NCBI GenBank assembly: GCA_043746045.1
Contig: JAYTRT010000236.1
Span: forward strand, 1 to 45,959
Origin: Actinomycetota bacterium
GTDB taxonomy: Bacteria > Actinomycetota > Acidimicrobiia > Acidimicrobiales > Ilumatobacteraceae
Direction of reading: 5' to 3'
DNA length: 45,959 bases
Part shown: piece after piece, positions 43,877-45,959 of the stretch
Position numbering within the stretch: position 1 is the stretch's first letter
Layout of the letters: each line of letters starts with the position of its first letter
Notes under the pieces: generated by a model
The model's input: the letters and a program-made list of their open reading frames with translations, nothing else
Database searches by the model: none
What the model was told of the DNA's origin: nothing
Position numbers and translations under genes: made by a program

Positions 43877-45091
43877 TCAGGGTTCGGCTTTGCGGCGCAG
43901 ATGTCGACGTTCCGGTTCGTTCGTGGCCAGCAGCGCAGCCCGGTGATAGGCGTGGCGTGCTCCGTCGTGCTCCCCCGCCATTTCGTGGAGGTACCCAACG
44001 GTGGCGTGATAGCGGTGATGGTCGGCCAACGATGCACCGAGTGCGTCCATCTCGCGCATCGCAGCCACCGGCCCATCGGTGTGGGCGATGGCGACAGCGC
44101 GATTCAGTCTGACGACCGGGTTGTCGGTGCGCTCGGCGAGCAGGTCGTAGAGCGCTCTGAGCTGGAGCCAATTCGTGGCAGCGTACGTCGGGGCCTGGTC
44201 GTGGACGGCGGCGATTGCAGCCTGCAGTTGGTATTCGCCCATCGCGTGCTGAGCGAGCGCAGACGTGAGCAGGCGGAGGCCTTCGGTGATCATCGGCTGG
44301 TTCCACAGCTGTCGGTCCTGCCGATCGAGCGGGACCAGATCGCCGTTCGCTGCGGTGCGCGCGTTGCGGCGGGCATCGGACAGCAGCAACAGGGCAGCCA
44401 GACCGGCCGACTCTGGATGGTCCGGCATGCGGTCGTGCAGGAGGCGGGCGAGGCGGATTGCTTCGTCGGCCAGATCGGTGCGCGTCAGCCGTGTTCCACT
44501 CGTCGCCGCGTGACCCTCGTTGAAGATGAGGTAGATGATCTGCATCACCGCCGGGAGGCGTTGGTCGATGAGGTCCAGCGGCGGACGAGAGAACGGCTCA
44601 CCGGACCGTGCGACGGTCGCCTTGGCGCGGCTGATCCGCTGGGCGATCGTGGCCTCGGGCTGCAACAACGCCTCGGCGATCTCTCTGGTGGTCAGGCCCC
44701 CGACCGCCCGCAGCGTCAGAGGGATCGCCGCGCTCGGTCTCAGCGCAGTGTGGCAGCACAGGAACAGCAGCGCCAGAGAGTCGTCCTCGGAGACGGTTGG
44801 TTCGATGGGCACCGTCGACCACGACACGACCAGCGCCTCGCGTCGTCGACGTGCTGTGTCACGGTGATGACGGTCGATCAGCCGGCGTTGTGCGACCCGC
44901 ACCATCCAGCCGACCGGACGATCCGGCACCCCCGTCGACGGCCACGAATCAAGGGCGATGAGCACTGCGTCCTGCACTGCGTCCTCGGCATCGGCGAACC
45001 GATTTCCCTGGCGCAGCAACACCCCCAGCGCTGTCGGGCCGGCGTCGCGGAGCAGTCGTTCGATGTCCGCTGGTGTGCGGGTGTCGGGCAT
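43877..45091 (-). CDS. ECF-type RNA polymerase sigma factor with long TPR-like C-terminal extension (YciI-associated type)
   Basis: Region 2 (AEDAVQDAVLIAL, WMVRVAQRRLID) and region 4 HTH (LTTREIAEALLQPEATIAQRISRAK), followed by ~220 aa of helical repeats. Inner ATG (MPDTRTPADIE...). Confidence 0.8.
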   Translation of the reverse strand: MPDTRTPADIERLLRDAGPTALGVLLRQGNRFADAEDAVQDAVLIALDSWPSTGVPDRPVGWMVRVAQRRLIDRHHRDTARRRREALVVSWSTVPIEPTVSEDDSLALLFLCCHTALRPSAAIPLTLRAVGGLTTREIAEALLQPEATIAQRISRAKATVARSGEPFSRPPLDLIDQRLPAVMQIIYLIFNEGHAATSGTRLTRTDLADEAIRLARLLHDRMPDHPESAGLAALLLLSDARRNARTAANGDLVPLDRQDRQLWNQPMITEGLRLLTSALAQHAMGEYQLQAAIAAVHDQAPTYAATNWLQLRALYDLLAERTDNPVVRLNRAVAIAHTDGPVAAMREMDALGASLADHHRYHATVGYLHEMAGEHDGARHAYHRAALLATNEPERRHLRRKAEP

Positions 45092-45104
45092 CGGGCATCT
45101 CCGG

Positions 45105-45512
45105 CTATGTCGACGCCGGTGCGCCGAGAACCTGTCGAACTTCGATCGGCTGACGGATCGGGGCTCCACCCATCCCGGGAGCGGCCGAAATCCGTGCAGC
45201 GAGCTCGATCGCGCGGTCCAAGGAGGCGACGTCGACCAATCGGTAGCCGGCGACGAGCTCCTTCGTCTCGGGGAACGGGCCATCGGACACGACAGGCGGC
45301 TGATGGCCGTCGGAGGTGACGAAGCGCGCTTGCTCCGGCCCGGACAGCCCCTGCGCGTCGACGAGTTCGCCCAGTGCGCTCAACTCTCTGTTGAGCGCGA
45401 TCTGGAACTCGATGTGGGTCTCGACATCTGCCTCGGACCACTGGTCCATCGGAGTCATGACCGAGTCGGCCGGGCCGTAGTTCTGGAGCAGCATGAAGCG
45501 CATCGGAGGTCC
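45105..45512 (-). CDS. YciI family (DGPF domain) protein
   Basis: MRFMLLQNYG... and SDGPFPETKELVAGY. Lies upstream of and co-oriented with the sigma factor, a known genomic association. Confidence 0.8.
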   Translation of the reverse strand, partial: GPPMRFMLLQNYGPADSVMTPMDQWSEADVETHIEFQIALNRELSALGELVDAQGLSGPEQARFVTSDGHQPPVVSDGPFPETKELVAGYRLVDVASLDRAIELAARISAAPGMGGAPIRQPIEVRQVLGAPAST

Positions 45513-45517
45513 CTGAC

Positions 45518-45959
45518 TCAACGATCGAAGGCCGTTTGCAGGACAGCAATGTCGAGCTTGTCCATCTGCATCATCGCGTCCATCGCCTGGCCGGCGCGCG
45601 TCCGGTCGGGGGCGCCGATCAGCGTGCCGAGCAGGCTCGGAACGATCTGCCACGACAGGCCGTAACGGTCCTTCAGCCAGCCGCATCGACCTGGCTCGCC
45701 CCCGTTGTCGATCAACCGATGCCACAGATCGTCGATCTCGTTCTGGGTCTCGACGCTGACGAACAGCGAGATCGCCTCGGTGAAGCCGGCGTGGACGGGA
45801 CCACCGTTGAGCAGCATCAGCTTCTGGCCGCACAACTCGAGCGTGGCTGCGAACACTGGCGCCTCCCCAGCTGAACGGTGCAGATCGGGCGAAGCCGCAG
45901 CGGGGAAGATCGACGTGTAGAACGCGATTGGTTCCGCGAGATCGGTGTCGAACCACAGG
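45518..45959 (-). CDS. VOC/PhnB-like (3-demethylubiquinone-9 3-methyltransferase domain) protein; 5' end beyond the window
   Basis: The reading frame stays open upstream of the track start (45856) to the window edge: LWFDTDLAEPIAFYTSIFPAAA...VFAATLELCGQKLMLLNGGP...DRYGLSWQIVP. This is typical of the PhnB-like family. Confidence 0.7.
   Translation of the reverse strand, partial: LWFDTDLAEPIAFYTSIFPAAASPDLHRSAGEAPVFAATLELCGQKLMLLNGGPVHAGFTEAISLFVSVETQNEIDDLWHRLIDNGGEPGRCGWLKDRYGLSWQIVPSLLGTLIGAPDRTRAGQAMDAMMQMDKLDIAVLQTAFDR

Noticed and set aside
1-45959. Mobile elements, prophage, integrases, tRNA/rRNA genes and tRNA-Sec
   Set aside because: There are no transposase, integrase or phage-like ORFs, and no cloverleaf-like or rRNA-like segments in the short intergenic regions. 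The only candidate non-autonomous element is the 30693-30835 palindrome, which is reported separately.

Overview
Visibly high-GC, actinobacterial-type chromosomal window, densely packed with about 50 protein genes on both strands. Many genes form short operons joined by ATGA/GTGA/TGATG stop-start overlaps.

Gene content is mostly core and accessory metabolism and regulation:
- a cofC / PIG-L deacetylase / PhyH dioxygenase operon
- an HU gene followed by a separate Lys/Ala-rich histone-like gene
- PIN-PhoH2, a DEDDh exonuclease and a pafB/pafC-like WYL regulator pair
- an alpha/beta hydrolase plus RelQ-type small alarmone synthetase operon
- pgi and pgl, an LLM oxidoreductase, SDRs, PadR and TetR regulators
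- DUF305, a lipoprotein Zn-peptidase, an L,D-transpeptidase, a GT2, ferredoxin and oligopeptidase B
- MauE plus MBL hydrolase, mutY, MaoC, LOG, an acyl-CoA dehydrogenase and YceI
- an ECF-type sigma factor with YciI and PhnB-like neighbours

I saw no rRNA, tRNA, CRISPR array, transposase or integrase.

The most interesting signal is a duplicated two-gene redox module of unknown function (28670-30694 and 39959-41930). In copy 1 the small gene carries an in-frame TGA at 30431-30433. That codon aligns exactly with a Cys codon in the paralogue (UGSC versus CGSC) and is followed 11 nt later by a stem-loop. The two ORFs in the track are therefore most likely one selenocysteine-containing protein.

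Secondary observations:
- an HU domain and its Lys/Ala tail encoded as two adjacent out-of-frame genes
- a roughly 140 bp low-GC imperfect palindrome filling one convergent intergenic gap
- a twin-operator promoter upstream of yceI
- an 11-copy heptanucleotide repeat in a 5' leader
- an unusual number of in-frame 15/18 bp minisatellites at gene 3' ends

All family calls come from reading motifs by eye. No database search was run.
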